Positions 18,016 through 20,960 of a DNA stretch of 20,960 nucleotides are shown here, in pieces. Where the stretch lies: the NCBI GenBank assembly GCA_964525635.1, contig CAZGJX010000083.1:1-20960 (forward strand). Reading direction: 5' to 3'. Made by a program: the position numbers and the translations under genes. The notes below the pieces were generated by a model. It did not search any database. It saw nothing but the letters and a program-made list of their open reading frames with translations, and was not told where the DNA came from. Position 1 is the stretch's first letter. Every line of letters begins with the position of its first letter. Origin of the DNA: an uncultured archaeon. Lineage in GTDB: Archaea; Asgardarchaeota; Lokiarchaeia; Sigyniarchaeales; SOKP01.

Positions 18016-19077
18016 TTGGCAAATATAATCGATATTAATTCTAATTACTTGAAAGAGATCAAATATCAGAGAGAAATTAATAAAAATATTTCCCAATGTT
18101 TAACTTGTGAAAGAAGATGTAAAATTAAAAGAGGAGAAATAGGTTTTTGTGGAACACGTATTAATAAAGTGGGAATAATTTATTCAATGGTATATGGTTG
18201 TATTCCAGCGATTTCAATAAATCCAATAGAAAAAAAACCACTTTATCATTTTTACCCGGGAAGCTTTGCAATAACAGTGGGAACATATGGATGCAATTTT
18301 TCATGTTTTTGGTGTCAAAATCACCATTTATCACATCCATCTACTCCAATTATAGAGTTAATAAAAAAAAGGACGTCATTTCTCTCACCAGAAGATTTAA
18401 TTCAAAATGCTTTAGAAAAAAAATGCCAAGGAACATCTATATCTTTTAATGAGCCAACATTATTATTTGAATACTCACTAGAGGTATTTAAATTAGCGAA
18501 GAAAGAAAGTTTGTATAACACATATGTATCAAATGGATATATGACTAAGAATGTTCTAAGAGATTTAGTAGATAATGGATTAGATGCTATTAATATAGAT
18601 ATAAAAGGCGACACTAAAATGGTTAAAAAATATTGTGGAATAGATATTGAGAATGTCTGGAGAAATGCTAAGCTAGCAAAAGAATTGGGAGTACATGTTG
18701 AAATTACAACTTTATTGATTAATAAAGAAAATACTGAAGAAAAAATAATAGAAGATATATCAAAAAGAATTTTGAAGGATTTAGGTAAGGATACACCCTT
18801 TCATATTACGAGAGCGTATCCTCATTATAGATCTATTAATCATGGATTTAATAAGCCTACACCAATAATTCTTTTAGAAAAGGCATATAAAATTGCTAAA
18901 AAAGCAGGATTAGATTTTGTTTATATTGGAAATCTATCTAATAGTAATTATGAGAATACAATATGCCCTAATTGTTTAGAAACTATAATTAAAAGGAAAA
19001 TTTTTGGAATTGAAAAATTACTGATAGATGATGAAGGTAAATGCAAATTCTGTGGTTTTAAAATATCTATTATTTAA
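18016..19077 (+). CDS. amrS: AmmeMemoRadiSam-system radical SAM enzyme (PflA-like)
   Basis: N-terminal CLTCERRC...GFCGTR, NPIEKKPLYHFYPG, radical SAM motif GCNFSCFWCQN, FNEPT, VSNGY, NIDIKG, HVEITTL, YIGN and C-terminal CPNC/CKFC. Confidence 0.9.
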   Translation: MANIIDINSNYLKEIKYQREINKNISQCLTCERRCKIKRGEIGFCGTRINKVGIIYSMVYGCIPAISINPIEKKPLYHFYPGSFAITVGTYGCNFSCFWCQNHHLSHPSTPIIELIKKRTSFLSPEDLIQNALEKKCQGTSISFNEPTLLFEYSLEVFKLAKKESLYNTYVSNGYMTKNVLRDLVDNGLDAINIDIKGDTKMVKKYCGIDIENVWRNAKLAKELGVHVEITTLLINKENTEEKIIEDISKRILKDLGKDTPFHITRAYPHYRSINHGFNKPTPIILLEKAYKIAKKAGLDFVYIGNLSNSNYENTICPNCLETIIKRKIFGIEKLLIDDEGKCKFCGFKISII

Positions 19078-19234
19078 ATAGTAGATGATAGATTATATAA
19101 GTTATTTTAAAGATAACTTATTGGAGAAAACCTATTTTTTATTTTATATTTTAAAAATAGAAATTTATTAAATTATACATGATTTCTGGAATTAATTATT
19201 ATTTCAATCTATTTTTTGGTGTTAAGTATATATA

Positions 19235-20485
19235 ATGGATCCCATACAAAAAGGAAATAAAAGAGCAAAATATCCAGAATTAAAACCTCTTTGGATGGGT
19301 TTATTTATTGACATTTTAGGATTTTATCTAATTATACCGCTCTTAAAAACAATTAAAGAGGTTTTTAACACAGATGATCTTATGATGGGTTTAGTGGTTT
19401 CAATTAATGCTGTAATTAGTTTAATTTCAGCTCCAATATGGGGTAAACTTAGTGATAAGTTCGGTAGAAAATATACATTACTCATAGCAGAATCGGGGAC
19501 TTGTATCGCTTTTTTAACTTTAGCATTTTCTAATTCTTTGCAGTTATTATTTATATCTAGAGTTATAGATGGTATATTTGGGGGTAATTATCCAATAACA
19601 AAAGCAATCATTACAGATATAGTCCCCTCAAGAGATAGAGGGATACAAATGACCAATTTAGGTGTCGTGCATACATTAGCAGGTGTAATCGCACCAGGAT
19701 TAAGTGGAGTTCTAGCATTTATCCCAATATTTGGTCCTCAATATCCAGTTGCATTACCGGGATTAGTTGCTGCAGGTCTTTCTTTATTAACTATGATTAT
19801 AACTTTTCTATACATAGAAGAAAGTTGGACTAAATCTAAACGAATAAATATCGAAAAAGAACTAAAAATAAAAATCAATCTTATAAAAAATAAAGATGCC
19901 TTGTATTTATTAACCCAATATGCTTTTCATACTCTTTCATTTATGCTTTATGTAGCACCTCTTTCTCTTTTTATTGGATCAATTATCGGTCTTGATCAAT
20001 TAGGGATAATAATAATGTTAGAAATTTCTGGAATATCTCGTGCAATTGTTAGAGTTACAGTTTTCACCCCAACAATGAAAAAATTAGGTGAAAGGAAAAT
20101 GACGAGAATTGGATTATTAATTCTAATAATTTCTTTTTTCTTCATTGGAATCTTCGGATTTCTATATTCTGAAGTTTGGATATTTATCATAATATTTGTA
20201 ATAATAAGTTATGGTGTTTCTTGCTCACGAGGACCCTTAATTGGTAAAATAACTAAAACAGTATCTCCAAAAGAAATGGGGGTTATTAATGGTTATACGA
20301 CAACTTTAGATAGCACATCTCAAGTGATAGGTCCAATATTAGGTCCATTTTTATACCTAATTAATCCATTTTGGTATGGTCTTACTATGGCAAGTATTGC
20401 TTCGGGAGCATTTCTTATGGATTTTAGAGAATTTACACCTTTAGTAGAAAAAATTAAACCTAAAAAAGAGCAGAAAATAGACTAA
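19235..20485 (+). CDS. MFS transporter, TetA/DHA1-like efflux family
   Basis: FIDILGFYLIIPLL, motif A WGKLSDKFGRK, LFISRVIDGIFGGN, AIITD and VIGPILG; about 12 TM segments. Confidence 0.92.
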   Translation: MDPIQKGNKRAKYPELKPLWMGLFIDILGFYLIIPLLKTIKEVFNTDDLMMGLVVSINAVISLISAPIWGKLSDKFGRKYTLLIAESGTCIAFLTLAFSNSLQLLFISRVIDGIFGGNYPITKAIITDIVPSRDRGIQMTNLGVVHTLAGVIAPGLSGVLAFIPIFGPQYPVALPGLVAAGLSLLTMIITFLYIEESWTKSKRINIEKELKIKINLIKNKDALYLLTQYAFHTLSFMLYVAPLSLFIGSIIGLDQLGIIIMLEISGISRAIVRVTVFTPTMKKLGERKMTRIGLLILIISFFFIGIFGFLYSEVWIFIIIFVIISYGVSCSRGPLIGKITKTVSPKEMGVINGYTTTLDSTSQVIGPILGPFLYLINPFWYGLTMASIASGAFLMDFREFTPLVEKIKPKKEQKID

Positions 20486-20488
20486 AAT

Positions 20489-20959
20489 TTATTTATTATC
20501 CGAATATGATTCCATTTTTGCTTGAAATTTACTTAGATTAATTATGCTGAATATTATTATTACTAATGCAAAGAAAAATAGATAATAATTTTCAACGGTT
20601 TGTTTAAATATTGTTAATCCAACAAGAATAGGAATAATAACTGAAAGACTATTAATTATAAGATAGATAATAGATGCTTTTCCTCTCTGAAATCCACTTT
20701 GGTAAAAAATAACACCTAACATGAAAAATATAATTAAACTCCAAAAAGATAAAAATAGCCAGATATGATAAAAATCAAACCAGAAAATTCCAAAAACTAT
20801 CTCTGTCCAACCAAAAAAAGATAGAAGATCTATATTAGCATCATTTAATCCTTGTGTAAGTATATTTGTACAAAGTGCTCCTATGGAACTTAAAATAACT
20901 CCTATGATCGTTAAGAAAAGTCCTTCTAATGATGTATCTTTTTTTATTTTAGAAGATTT
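20489..20959 (-). CDS. Partial (5' end outside window) multi-pass membrane protein, DMT/NIPA-like transporter
   Basis: The frame stays open from the window edge: KSSKIKKDTSLEGLFLTIIGVILSSIGALCTNILTQGLNDANIDLLSFFGWTEIVFGIFWFDFYHIWLFLSFWSLIIFFMLGVIFYQSGFQRGKASIIYLIINSLSVIIPILVGLTIF... The QxGFQRGKAS...P...G..IF pattern resembles a DMT-superfamily C-terminal half. Confidence 0.65.
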   Translation of the reverse strand, partial: KSSKIKKDTSLEGLFLTIIGVILSSIGALCTNILTQGLNDANIDLLSFFGWTEIVFGIFWFDFYHIWLFLSFWSLIIFFMLGVIFYQSGFQRGKASIIYLIINSLSVIIPILVGLTIFKQTVENYYLFFFALVIIIFSIINLSKFQAKMESYSDNK

Positions 20960-20960
20960 A

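Noticed and set aside
6650-20190. Short ORFs 6650-6889, 12546-12779, 18198-18449, 18402-18614 and 19996-20190
   Set aside because: Shadow or alternate-frame ORFs within confident CDSs.
20489-20722. 77-aa ORF as a complete gene
   Set aside because: The frame is open to the window edge, so it is the C-terminus of a longer membrane protein.
1-20960. CRISPR array, tRNA/rRNA, IS elements, cobalamin riboswitch
   Set aside because: I saw no regularly spaced repeats, GC-rich structured segments, transposase ORFs or riboswitch-like conserved boxes by eye. A covariance-model search would be needed to exclude RNAs fully.

Overview
Very AT-rich, gene-dense window with no rRNA, tRNA, CRISPR array or mobile element that I can see. 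Low GC, GGTG/AGGT/GAGG ribosome-binding sites, frequent TTG starts, poly-T tracts after genes and the gene content suggest an anaerobic archaeon, plausibly Asgard/Lokiarchaeia (inference only). The core (about 3.8-13.4 kb) is an adenosylcobalamin (AdoCbl)-dependent acyl-CoA mutase neighbourhood: split mutase (large subunit plus B12-binding small subunit), MeaB GTPase chaperone, CobA/BtuR adenosyltransferase, a two-subunit GctAB-like CoA-transferase, a MaoC dehydratase, a FabG/PhaB-like SDR and a DUF362 Fe-S protein. Three of these carry non-canonical active sites. The mutase substrate pocket matches no characterised mutase signature I recall (RLFSGH, QNDILTMTVGY, GYNYREGG). The B12 subunit has GGHFRG instead of DGHDRG. 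The CoA-transferase beta subunit lacks the catalytic Glu. Together these suggest an uncharacterised carbon-skeleton rearrangement pathway. Flanking genes include an aldo/keto reductase, a TIGR04076-like pseudogene missed by the ORF track, a wHTH fusion protein, a UbiA-family protein, a Zn-finger/coiled-coil protein, a methyltransferase, an ACT protein, an AmmeMemoRadiSam radical SAM enzyme, an MFS transporter and a 5'-truncated DMT-like membrane protein.
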